A stretch of 64,000 nt of DNA from Chrysomallon squamiferum (taxonomy: Eukaryota; Animalia; Mollusca), in NCBI GenBank assembly GCA_012295275.1, contig CM022679.1, positions 22,444,001 through 22,508,000 of the forward strand, in the 5' to 3' direction. This document shows, in pieces, positions 1 through 12,821 of this stretch (position 1 is the stretch's first letter; each line of letters starts with the position of its first letter). The notes beneath the pieces were generated by a model that made no database searches, had not been told where the DNA came from, and saw only the letters and a program-made list of their open reading frames with translations. A program made the translations under genes and the position numbers.

Positions 1-561
1 CCACGAAGAAGATTGGATCTGATATTATGAATTTTGTTACTGCGTTAACTGTGTAATAAACATTTAAAATAAATATCCTTTGTTCTAGTTTTACTTTCAT
101 TTCACTGAAAAACGGCAGCCTAACATGAAGACTGGAAGTCTAACAAGCAGCCTGCATTGTTAGTATCCTTAAACGAGCAAGATTTTTAACATTTAATACA
201 AATACAGTAAAAGAAATATGTTCATTGGAATCTACATGGTTGTGTCGTTGAATAAATTATATATCGGGGATTCCTTGAAGCTTTTTAGCTTTTTCAGAGT
301 TTTATTTTAAATGACTAGTTCTGTGCAATTTGTGAACAAAAAAGATCTGCAGCTAGTGTGATATGAATAACTGATCTTCACGAAAAAGAATGAAAAGCTT
401 ATGTTGTTATTAGTTATTAAACTATGAATTATGTGATAAATGAATCTTTTTGATAATTTTTGTTGTTGTTGTTGTTGTTTTCGCTGTTGTTATTTACTTT
501 CGATTTATTAAAAAAATAATTATAATAATTAACTTGATGGTAATATGCATCCAATACTTTG

Positions 562-609
<48 letters not shown>

Positions 610-610
610 A

Positions 611-664
<54 letters not shown>

Positions 665-1428
665 AATAATAACCAAAAAAACAGCAAACCAAAAAAAAAA
701 AAAAACAACAACAACAATCCGACAAACGAAAGAAGAAAAAAAATAAGGAAAAAGGTTCATGGGATCTTTTCCTGAAAAGAAACATTTATCATTTGATCAC
801 GGACATGAAGAATAAACAGAAAAGTGAATATTTGTCATATCAGAATCCATCATAAAAATACTTCAGATAATGCTTACCATGAAACAAATCAAAATATATC
901 TGTTCTTTAATCTATTTATGTTTGTCTCGCTTAAAAGTGCGATGATTTTAGTAACTTGTGTTTTCTTAACATGTAAGAAATTCTCCTTAATTCTGACCGT
1001 AAACATATCGACAATTAATACAGAGTACGAAGATACATACACATATATGCTCATACAAAGACACGCTCACATAGGATACATGTAGAAGTTATGCAACGTG
1101 CCATTGTGGGTGTCAGTTGTTTCAATGGTTGATAAATAGACAATTAATTAGTTTTACAAATCCTCGTCATGAAAAAGATAAAAAGTAAAACCTATCACTA
1201 TTATCAATTCCATAATTATATAACAAAGTATTTCATTTGAGTTTAATAACTTGGTAAAAAGTTGTTAAGACAGTTATAAATTAATTGTATTGTTCTCTAC
1301 AGAAGAAAAACAACACTCTTATAGAACATTAGATGTTATTTATGTAAGTATCTATACAGGTAACAATATTACGTGAACTGTCTGTTTTGATGTGATACTA
1401 TTTGTCTTCTTCTGTCAGTCTGGAACTT

Positions 1429-1517
1429 GTCACGTGTTAACAGAAATGTAAATAAAGATATAAAAGACTGTAAACAGAAGAACAGAATCACACTCAGTCT
1501 GTACAATCCAAACACAA
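1429..1517 (+). promoter_or_regulatory. Promoter and non-coding first exon of peptide gene copy 1 (E-box GTCACGTG, TATAAAA, donor GTAAGT)
   Basis: CACGTG 1431-1436, TATAAAA 1459-1465, GTAAGT at 1518. The same module lies upstream of copies 2-5 (about 8995-9081, 12436-12522, 15887-15973 rc, 18707-18795 rc). Confidence 0.75.
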
Positions 1518-1806
1518 GTAAGTATTTCTTCATTATAATTATTTCGATTTTTCTATCTAACATTATGAAGGAAATCAACATTTCTAAACTTTTATTTCTA
1601 TTGTTATCAAAAAAAAAAAAAAAAAACTTTACTTTTAATATTTACCTTTGTTTTAATGGTTTTCTTTTATTTCATATGAGTTAATTTCTAAGTCTCACAT
1701 GATTAAACAATGGTTACACAAACTTCTGCTTTTTCGTCACGGTTATTTTTAAAAAAGTTGTTTTTTGAACATATTCTATCTTTCTATTTTATTTTAATTT
1801 CAGATT

Positions 1807-2562
1807 ATGGCTCTCTTCAACGTTGTCCTGTGTTTGACTGTTCTATTCACTTTGGTCCAAGTATCCACATCTCTGTTCTTTAATCCACTTATGTTCGCCA
1901 TGATGAGAGGTTTGGATTACGGTTAGTGAAGACTTCAATAACCTTTGTTGTTTTATTCATCTGCAACAAATGTTCTTTAATCCACAGCAGCATATTTGTG
2001 ATATTATCAGTGGGAAAATGCTTTACCAGTACGAATCAGTAAATATATATTTACAAACCTATGTATATTTATAAGGTTTATACAGTTAGAGTAAATTATA
2101 TATTTGGATTTATACAACGATGCATATTTAGATACTTATCTAATAACAAATGGGGACAAAAATGATTAGTAAATTTTATATATTTCTATTTTTGTTGATA
2201 TTATCAAAATGAAAATGTTTCATCCATAAGTAACAATACATACATACACACAGACACCTACCTACACGTATATGTACGCACATATTATACAACTGTGTGT
2301 ATGTATATATATATATATATGTGTGTGTATATGTGTGTATGTGTGCAAAAGTACATATTTAATTACTTACAAACATACATTCCTACATAATCTGATAACA
2401 AATGGGCACAATGAAGTCAATTTAGTTATAATTCATTAATAAATAAGTTAACAGTTTTGTTTTTCCTATTTTTCAGGACGTACTCCACTGAGTGCTCCAA
2501 TGCCTATGTATGGAGGAGTCATGCCAGGCGCAGTAATGGGAGGTGGACTTTATGGACGATAA
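1807..2562 (+). CDS. Small secreted Gly/Met/Pro-rich peptide, copy 1 (66 aa; exons 1807-1921, 2477-2562)
   Basis: A GT-AG phase-1 intron joins MALFNVVLCLTVLFTLVQVSTSLFFNPLMFAMMRGLDY/G to RTPLSAPMPMYGGVMPGAVMGGGLYGR*. The N-terminus is hydrophobic and signal-like, and AATAAA follows at about 2633. Both exons recur in five further copies. Confidence 0.88.
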
Positions 2563-4204
2563 ATCCTTGTAACAAACAAAATGAAAGACAAAATCCCTGA
2601 CGTTATTACTGTTGTTACTCCGTTAATTATGTAATAAATTTATTAAATCTATTTTTTTTGTTCTCGTTTTCTTTACGTATATGAAATCTCTTTAAATCTG
2701 ATCTTAACTATACAATACTTGGTACGTACTTATGATAAATATTCATGCAAAACATACAGACATACATAGATACACACACACACAAACACGCGCACACAAC
2801 CTGAAATTATGATTGGTACCGTAGTAGTTGATGGTCTTTTCACTGTTGATAGACAACTGTTTATTTTTACAAATCTTGGTCACGAAGAAGACTAAAGCAT
2901 ACAAAACCCTAAATACTATCATTGTTGTTGCTGCGTTAATTGTGTAATAAACATATTAACTATATTGCCTTTCTTCTAGTTTTACTCTCGTTACATTGAA
3001 AAAAGTTAATCTTAAACTAAGACTGGAAGTTTAAAAAAAAGCCTGTATTGTTAGTATCCTTAAACGTACAAGATTTTTACCATTCAATTTAAATACTGTA
3101 ACGGAAAAATGTTCATTAGAATCTTCATTGTTGTGTTGTTGAATAAAACATATAACGGAGATTGCTGGAAGCTTTTAATCTTTAGTTTGTCTGGAATACT
3201 TCTGTGTAGTTTGTATAACCGATGTTAACAAAAACGAATTAAGTACCAAAATAAAAGGTTTATGTTGAGGTTAATAATTAATATGTTAATTATTATTTAT
3301 TAATGTAAATTAAATACATATATTACAATATCTGTTTTTCTGTTCTAGTTTAGATTCAGTTTATTAAAACATAATTATAATCATTAACTTGAAGGTAATA
3401 TATATCCAAATGTTACTTCATCTAAACGTAAAAGATTTCTGACATTCCATACTATTACTGTAATAGCAAAAACCTTCACTGGAATCTATATTCGTATATT
3501 GTTGAATTTTTTACAGATCGTGTTCCCGGCCCGTCATGAGAGGCCAGAGGGCATGGTTGGGGGTACGAGGTCGGAGGACATGAGGTCAGAGGCGAGAGGT
3601 CGGGTCGGAGGTCGATTCTCGTGGTCATCGGTTTTGGTCACGGTTATGCCATCTAAAGGTTTCCCGTAATGGCTGAAATGAGAAAATATAGAATTAACGC
3701 TGTCCGTAGGAGAGATTCAAACGCTAATCAATTGGTCGTCAACACTGAAAGCGGCAGAGTTAATAGATAGGCCAAACGTCAGCCAATGAATTAAAACTTC
3801 TAGTCAATCCTGCAGTCTGTTGTGTAATAGCGAACTGATTGATCTCCTCTTGTGTAATCAGAGTTATCTGTCCCAAACGGAGTTATCCGTCTTGCTTTTC
3901 AGAGTTGTCTCCCGACACGGAAACCTTCTGATGGACGTCGCCATTGTGCAGTGGACGTCGGAAGTGATAGAGTTATCTTTCCTGAATACATAGAGTTATC
4001 TCCCCCAAATGGCTGATTTGTATTGCATAATTTCCATGTAACAATAACATCATGTCTATTATTAGCATGATGTAATTTACTATTTGTAATTTATAATTTA
4101 TGTATATATATAAATACTTCTATTATATATTTTATAAAATAAAACAAAAATTAATTAATTTGTATTCTGGAATATAGTTAATTGCGTTAATTTTATTATA
4201 AATA

Positions 4205-4800
4205 ATGGAATTGTTAAAAATATTACATACGGATGTTGACCTTGAAGAGTATATAGATATTCCTATCGGAGGTGAAGAAATGAAATAAGAAGAACATAAA
4301 AGACGAAGAATCGGAGACGATGATTTCGATGGAGATTTAACAGAAGATATTGATAATCCTAATGTATTGGAATTAATTATTAGAATTTGAATGCATGACA
4401 AACTTAGTGAGATTAACTGTCTATAAATTAGTATTCATGAAATCGTGACTTGTCTACGATCAGGAACGTGTGAAATGAATGATTCAAAGAGACGTAAACG
4501 ATCACGGTAAAGATGTTATTTCACCATATGATATATATTATCAACCTGTATTTCAAAAGCAAAAATTATTTGTGCTATGATTCGCATGTTAAAGAAGATA
4601 TATAGAACGTTAGAAATCGAAGATAACAAATATTGTGACCGATATCTATCAGAAACTAATCTTATCAGACAGAAATATTGGACATATAGACATAATTTCA
4701 ATGGATTATTAACATGTTGAAATAAAATAATGACAAAACGTTTTATATTGTTTGTTTTATTTTTATTAAGCAAAAGCAATATATGAAATACAAGACAATC
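4205..4800 (+). pseudogene. Degraded viral accessory-like ORF, convergent with NS1
   Basis: Reads MELLKILHTDVDLEEYIDIPIGGEEMK*EEHKRRRIGDDDFDGDLTEDIDNPNVLELIIRI*MHDKLSEINCL*ISIHEIVTCLRSGTCEMNDSKRRKRSR*, with in-frame stops. A TATA-like element lies at about 4105-4114. The 3' end is uncertain. Confidence 0.45.
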
Positions 4801-4833
4801 CTGCTCACTGAGCAAACCACATAACAATGAAAA

Positions 4834-7390
4834 TTACAACAAAACAAAGTGCTTTAAATTCGCGGTAATAATGTGGTGTTTTTCATCTCTGGAAATATAA
4901 CATATTTCAAAATCTTTGTGTCTTGGAATTTTACCTAAAGGTTGCACATCAACAACTGGTATGTACTTTTCTACAGTTAAATTTCTGTAATCTTTTCTAT
5001 AATCTTGTAAACAACCATATTTGTATACATCTTTCATAACATTTTCAATGTGATGGTTATCACTCCAATATTGTAAGTCCAAAAGAATTTGGCGAGTTTT
5101 CTTAGGACAAAGTTTTCATAGCAGCAGAGCACATACAAGGTTTTGTATCGAAGCTAATTTCACAAAATATATTTAATTCTACATAGTGTATAACATCAAT
5201 AAAAGTCTGATATTCACAGGATTTTATTTTATTTAAATCAAAGTGATACATTACAGGTGGTACATTGTCATTAGCTTTAACTATTTCCCTAAACCAAGCA
5301 AACTGAAGCAAGCATTGCCAATCATAAAATTTATAATGATCCATTTTTATCCGTTTAAATGGATAGATGTACTGCATGTACAAAGTGTCGTCTCTGAAAC
5401 ATTCTTCTAAACTCCTAGGCAACGATGATGTCATGTTCTTCAACTTCATCAGCCTTCTTTGCTTCGACGGGCTGGACCTGCCGAATAAGAGGAATATGTC
5501 GATAAATATCAGGTTGTATAGAAGCATTGAAGGCTGGATGATCAAAGACAACATTAAAATCATCATTCCACACAATTTCACACATTGCTTTCAAATCAAT
5601 ACCTTTCTGGTCAAACCAGTCAGAAAACACCATCAACGTCTTTGGATTCGGATGTTTTGCACCCTTAAGAAATTATCTTAACTTTTCTCTGTCACCTCTA
5701 ATATGTTCTCTGTACATTTTACTCTTCAATGCATTAATATCATTATAGTTTAGCATTAAAAAGGTTCGTTTTTGAGCACATCAAGACTGGTGTTTTGTTA
5801 ATAATCATAGGTGGTTTACCTTTTCTTTCTACTTCTACCTTGTTCCCTCTCAATAAAGACTTATACCTATCCAAAGTTGCTTGAATAATGTTACATTCGT
5901 CAACCAAAATGATTTTCTTGTCTATGCAACTTTCAAAACCGAATCTGATATCGTTGCCAACAACAAAACTAGTAGGTAAAATGGTAAAAGGTTCAGTCAT
6001 CCAGTACGATTTACCTACAGTACTTTCTCCAGTTAAGCAAACGCAATATCTTTCTGTATCCATTTTTCGTAGAATGGACACAATTTTTCCAGCCAATTTT
6101 AAACCGTCCAACTGAGAATGAACACACCAGTACAAAAAATTCATCATGCTTTCTTCAGGTTCAGCTATATCTAAGTCTGGGGTAGGTACCCATGTTCTCA
6201 AGTAATCAATAATAGATACCTTTGGATCAACAAGTGAATTCACACCGTCTAACTGAGCTTTCAAAACATTGATCACTCATTACATAGGAGAACCCACCTA
6301 ATGGGTTATATGGATCTTCTATAGTACATATCAAGTCAGCTTCTTTCCTATTGTTTCTAACCCAAGTTATTAATTGCTCCCTAGTCAGTGCTCCGCTCAC
6401 TTTAATCAATATACTTAAAACTTTAGTCAATGACATACTTTTGGACTTACCTTTAATGTTTTAGACTCTTCAGCTTTAGCATCTTCTTCGGCTTTACGCT
6501 TTGCCTGCTGCCACAGCTTCTCTCCTAGTTGTCGAGCTATTTGAGGTGCAGACTTGTGTTTGAATGGTCGACCATCTCCTCTTCGTTTTTTCTCAGGCGA
6601 TTCAACAATGAATTCATCGTCTTCCATTGGCGGCGGTGTACCTGATCGATATAGCGATTCAATCGCTTTAGTTTCAGCTTGCAGTTGTACAAACTTGGCG
6701 ATAATGTCCGATGCGGTTTCCACTGGCTTCGGTTGATCAGCTTGGACGTTTCTTCTCCAACGGCTCCAATCGTCTTCTTCATCAGAATCTTTATTTTTTC
6801 ATCAGGAGGCAATATATTTCCAATGGTTTCTTGAAACGTCATTTTAGGCCCCATTTGGGCTGCCAACAAATACTCAACAAGCAGAGACATATCGTTAGAC
6901 CCGTGGAAAATATAATCTTCATTCCGCTGTAGATAACGAAGTATTCCTTTTATGTTCCTCACTCGAGAACAGGTAACCGTTAATCCAACTTTTTCAGCAT
7001 AGTTTTTCATTCCTCGATATTGTTTATCGTTTCCAACACTTGCTCCGTTTCCAGTCTTTGTGCATACAATATGCATGTGGCGATTGTTACTGGGACACTC
7101 GTTTCCAGCTTCTTTCGGTTGATGAATGACCAGCAAAGTTTTCCTTGATCCAGATTCAAACACAGGTGGTTGATTCTTTGGTGGAATAGATGTTAGAAAT
7201 ACCTTCAATCGACTCATAAAATCTTTTTATAACAGGTATTTTTTATATTTCCTGCGGCAATCCATTCCATTTGATGCATGGACGATCTTTCCTTTCTTGA
7301 TCTGTCATAATCTGGTTTACTGCTTTCGACATGTACTTTTTCTTTTGTCCGAATTCATCCAAAGACTCGGCTGAAGTATCAACTCCAGCA
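4834..7390 (-). pseudogene. Parvoviral NS1/Rep (HUH endonuclease + SF3 helicase), broken by frameshifts
   Basis: Overlapping ORFs 6537-7217 (HMHIVC HUH motif at 7071-7079; LRYLQR motif III-like), 6427-6723, 6227-6436 and 5743-6276. The last has Walker A GESTVGKS (6007-6030), Walker B IILVDE, B' KSLLRGNKVEVERKGK and motif C PVLMCS. ORFs 5415-5636, 5102-5581 and 4834-5082 continue on the same strand. Confidence 0.88.
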
Positions 7391-8673
7391 TGGATGCATC
7401 AAGGCCCTAACGACTTTGACTTTCAACTTTCACCCCAACCCGAACGACCCCTCCCTTCAACTTGGGAACAGAAACATATGTAATAAAAATCAAATAAATT
7501 TGTTTTGGTCCGCACCTTTACCACTTGATGTGAAGTTGTTCAAGAGACCACTACTGTTGAGTGGGGAGTTAGTGTTTGGTGTTGGGTGTGCCGTATGTGT
7601 AATTTAATATTTAAATAATAACAACAATTAAAACATTTCTCGTTGACCGTAGTCAGTGCGTTTATTTAAAATAAAACATGTTTAAAATCAGAATATGCAA
7701 TAAAGTTTTTACAAAACATTTTTTTTTTTGACAAAATACATGATTATCAAATACAGTATATACATTATATCGATCAGAAAAAGCAAATAGATGAAACAAA
7801 CATGGACATGGAAACAAAAATGTTAAATCTGAAAAATGAGACAAAGCACAGATATCAACAAAACATAATACTCCATCATATAAAAGTTTATAATATCCAA
7901 TTAAATTGCTTATTAAATATAAGCAATCTCAGATAAAGTATCTGGAAACTGTTTTTTAAGCAAAGAATCAATATGTACATTAATGGAATAAACACCAACA
8001 AGTTCAAAAGAATTAACCAGTCATTCAACATTATTACAATCATCATCATGAGATTCAGATGCGTGAACATATGAATTATGATGTTCGTGTAGTTTTGGAT
8101 GGTCAAATAGTGGAACATTACAGTTTTGATATCCAAGTAAAGCAATATCTAACAGATCAATATCGTGATCATCATACAATATTAAATAAAAACCTGACAT
8201 TATAGCTGTTGTTAATGCATTAATTACATAACAAATTGATTCAGATTATTTTATTTGTTCTTGTTTTATTTTCATTTTGATGGAAACAGACAAACAAACA
8301 AACAATCAAATAAAACATAAACAAAACAATCCAGTCATTAATAACATGTACAATAATTTTAAACGAATACTAAATATTCAGTAATGAGTTTGTAATTATA
8401 GCTATTTTTATTAATCCGTGGAAAATAATGAAACCAAGAAGGAAACATCTTGGTTCGGAAACATTTGTAATGATGCTAAAATTAATTATTTTAGTTTTAT
8501 GAATTTTCAATCTTGGTAATAGATGACTGATCACTACATTCATTCTAGAAAAAAAAAAAACAACTTAAAATCTTTAAAAAATAATAAATTGACAAACAAA
8601 CAACAACAACAGCAGCAATAACAACAACAGCAATAACAAAACTAATGGCAATAATAACAACAACAGCAATAAC

Positions 8674-8735
<62 letters not shown>

Positions 8736-9299
8736 CGATGATGGTGATGATGATAATAATGAATATGGCAATTATAACAACAAAAATATTTAGAAAAATT
8801 AATTTAAATGGGTCCGTAAAAAGCTGTTAACAAATTTATGAAATCTTTTTGATGTTCTGAACAGAAGTAATAAACAACACTCTTACACAACAGCAAATGT
8901 TATTTACGTAAGTGTCAATGCAGGTAACAGTATTACCTTAACCGCCTGTTTTGTTGTCACACTATTAATCATCTTGTGTCATTTCTGGACCTGTCACGTG
9001 TTAACAGAGGTGTAAATTAAGATATAAAAGAGTGTAAACTGAAGAACAGCATTACACTGAGTCTGCACAATACAAACACAAGTAAGTATTTCTCATTATT
9101 ACTCCGTATAACGGTATGAGTGAATTTCTGACACTCTTAAGATTAAACAAACAATGTGAGGAATGGACACATTTCGTCGTTACTTCTTGATTATTTCCTT
9201 GTAAATGACAACCATTTGTTTTCTTCTCTAAAAACGATTCCTTTCAGTTGTTTCTATCTGTACATAATTTATCTTTCTAATTTATTTGAATTTCAGATT

Positions 9300-9724
9300 A
9301 TGGCTTTCTTCAACGTTGTCCTGTGTTTGACTGTTCTATTCACTTTGGTCCAAGTATCGACATCTCTTTTCTTTAATCCACTTATGTTCGCCATGATGAG
9401 AGGTTTGGATTACGGTTAGTGATCATTTCAGTATTTTTCGTTTTCTTTACGTGTAATAAATCGTCTTTAATTCTCCGCAAATTTTTTGTGAAATATGTAA
9501 ATGCATACAGAGACATTATATTTATAAGATATATATATACATACAGAGTAAAATATATATATATTTATAGATTTATACAACGAAGTGTGTCAAAACGTTA
9601 TTAATAAGCTGACATATTTATGTAATTCTATTTTTCAGGACGTACTCCACTGAGTGCTCCAATGCCTATGTATGGAGGAGTCATGCCAGGCGCAGTAATG
9701 GGAGGAGGACTTTATGGACGATAA
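9300..9724 (+). CDS. Small secreted peptide, copy 2 (66 aa; exons 9300-9414, 9639-9724)
   Basis: MAFFNVVLCLTV...GLDY/GRTPLSAPMPMYGGVMPGAVMGGGLYGR*, with canonical splice sites and the promoter module at 8995-9081. Confidence 0.88.
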
Positions 9725-11152
9725 ATCCTTGTTACGAACAAAAAACCCCACCAAAAACAAAAGAAAAGATCCGTGTCATTATTACTGTTGTTATTACATT
9801 AATTATGTAATAAATCTATTAACTTTATCTCACTTGTTCTCGTTTTACTTTCGTTTCACTGAAAAAATATATTCTGAAACAACCACTCAATGTCTCACTG
9901 TAACTTACAAAGTATATAATATTCACTAAAAACAAAGTAACAGTAAAAATAGTCACCAAAATCTACATTCTTGTGTTGTTGAATAAAATATGTGAAGGAG
10001 ACGTCTTTTTTCCAGTTTCATTTTATATTCATGCGTTTGATATTTTATCACAGTAAATAATATCGAGCAATTTTAGAACAAATATACAGCTAATAATTTG
10101 AATAATCGATGTTCAAAAAAGAGGATGAAGTGTAAAAAAAGTTTATATTGGTTTTTAATTATTAGCCTGCGAATTAATAACTAAATTAAAACATATCTGC
10201 AGTATAATCCGCTTTTATGTTCCTGTTTTCGTACGTTTGATCAAGGAAGAATAATAAAATAATTCATTTACAGTAACATGCAACCATAAATCCCGAAAAA
10301 AATAAAATAACGAACAATCGGAATAATATCAAAGATACAGAAGCTGTTCCTTAAAAGAGATATTTACATACCTGTTTGAATCATTGGTTACTGTTATTAC
10401 TTTAGCATGGAGATCTACACGATTCAGAAGGGTGATTGGATACAGATGTTCGATTGGTTTTCAAAAGATAGTCAAAAATATATCTGTTGTTTAATCCTTT
10501 CATGTTTGCCTAGTTTAGAAGAGCTGATTAAAGATTTTGTTTTTTTTACGTGCAAGAAATCTTAGATTTGACAAGTAGATATGCCACAGTTAATTTTCAC
10601 GTATCAGAAACAGCCACACACATAGGCACACACACACATGTACATAGACATATCTCGCAATTATGCTAGGTACCGCAGTGAATAATAGTCTTTTCAGTGG
10701 ATGTAGACAACTGTTTATTTTAACAAATCCTGGTCACCAAGAAGATAAAAACAAAAATCTAATATTATCAATGTTATTACTGTGTTCATTGTGTATTAAA
10801 CATATTGAATAAATATCCTTTGCTCTTGATTTATTTTCGACTGATTTATAAATTTAATCAAAAACAAAGACAAAATGTGAACAGGCAGCCTATACTGTTA
10901 GTTCACTTTGATTGACTGCAAATACCATAATGGAAAAATGTTCACCAGAATATATGTTGCTGAATTGATTTTATAATGGAGATTGCTTGAAGACTTTTTC
11001 TTTTTCATTTTCGAGTTTTATTTATGACTTGTCTGGAATTTCATCTGAATAAATAGTTCTGTATACATTAAGAATAAAAAAGGACTAATGAATTAAATAA
11101 CCCCTGTTCATGAAAAAGAACGAAATATGAAAAAAAGGGAGAAAAAAAATAA

Positions 11153-11202
<50 letters not shown>

Positions 11203-11513
11203 TGATGATGATGATGATGATCATGATGATGATTATAATAAAAAGTAATAAAAAATCAGTGAAAACTTATCAGTTCTTTAATCTATTTATATTTGTCTCA
11301 CTAAAATTAGTGATGATCTTAGTAACTTTTGTTTTCTTTACGTGTACGCTGTTCTCATTAAATATCATCATACACATTAATATACACAAACACAGATATA
11401 CACATGTACCCATATACTCAAATACACACTCAAGCAAATACACCGATATAGTGTTTTGTGTTTTAAAAATAGACAACTGATTATTTTTTACAGTTGGTAG
11501 TCACGAAGAACAA

Positions 11514-11545
<32 letters not shown>

Positions 11546-12821
11546 TCCTTAATATAATTTCTGTTGTTAGTGCATTAGTTATGTAATAAATTTATTAAAT
11601 GCATTTTATTTGTTCTTGTTTTTTTTTCGTTTGGTCAAAACAAAGAACCCAAAGAAACAAACAAACAAAAAAAAAATATAAAAAAATTAATAAATAAAAA
11701 AATAAATAAATAAATATAAAAACAAATAAATAAATCTACAATAATCTGAAACGAAGATTCAGTATTCAATAATGAGTCAATATTTTATTTTTTATTTTTT
11801 TTTTATTTTTTTATTTTTTTTTCACTGGAAAATTATGAAAACGAAAGAAAGAAATACCTTGTTTCTGTCATATTTAACTTTATATTGATGTTAAATGCAG
11901 TTAATTTTAATAATTTTCACTTGCAGTAATTGCAATTGATAGTTAATTGACTTCTACATTCATCTCATTCACTACTTATTTGTATTTTTCTTTAACAAAT
12001 AAACAACAACAACAACAATAACAATGATGATGATGAAGATTATGATACTGATAACACTAAAAATATCTAAAAGAAATGAATATAAATAAGTTTGTGGAAA
12101 AACTATGCTTAAGAAATTTACAAAAGCTTTTTATTGTTCTGTACATAAACAATTACTAATATCTTACTCAACTGTACATGTTATTTATGTAAGTATCTAT
12201 ACAGGTAACAGTATTACGTGAACTGTCTCTTATGAAATTTATAAATTCTTTGTGTTCTGTATCAGACCAATAAACAATACTCTTACACAACAGTACATGC
12301 TATTTATGTAAGTATCTATACAGTAACAATATCATACTGTCTGTTTTAATGTAAGTATCTATGCAGGTAACAACTTATGCTATCTGTCTGCTTTGATGAG
12401 GGACTATATATCTTCTTGTGTCAGTCTGGACCTGTCACGTGTTAACAGAAATGTAAATTAAGATATAAAAGACTGTAAACAGAAGAACAGAATCACACTC
12501 AGTCTGTACAATCCAAACACAAGTAAGTATTTCTCATTGTTATTTCTCAAGTAGCTCGATCGTGTGCCTAGTATTTTCAAGGAAATCAACAAGAGTTCTA
12601 AACAATTATTTATATTCTTTGGTATCAAACTTCATTTTCTTTAATTTTAATATTTATCTTTGTGTTTGAGACATTTAACTCAATTTCTAAAAGTCATAGA
12701 TTAGGCAAATTTCATTTTCACCTGATTATAAATGACGACATTTTTGTTTCTGAAACTGTTTTTCTTTCCGTTGTTTCTGTTTATACATAATCACTGTCCT
12801 AATTTATTTTAATTTCAGATT

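Larger units (their letters stand above)
3512..8185. mobile_element. Endogenous parvovirus/densovirus-like element (boundaries approximate)
   Basis: Microsatellite-free, coding-like block with NS1 motifs, flanked on both sides by sequence of the host peptide-cluster repeat unit. The left end is GC-rich and repeat-bearing. The right boundary is uncertain (7.6-8.2 kb). Confidence 0.75.

Noticed and set aside
429-785. Hydrophobic or low-complexity ORFs (poly-F/I/L, CVCV, RERE, YLFI) here and throughout the ORF track
   Set aside because: These are translations of A-runs and (AAT)n, (AAAT)n, (CA)n and (TC)n microsatellites, with no coding evidence.
1807-2562. Peptide family as reflectin or suckerin (YGR, Met-rich, GGLY)
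   Set aside because: Reflectins lack signal peptides and have repeated MD(X)5MD motifs. Suckerins are longer, with repeated Gly/Tyr and Ala/His modules. Only isolated short words are shared.
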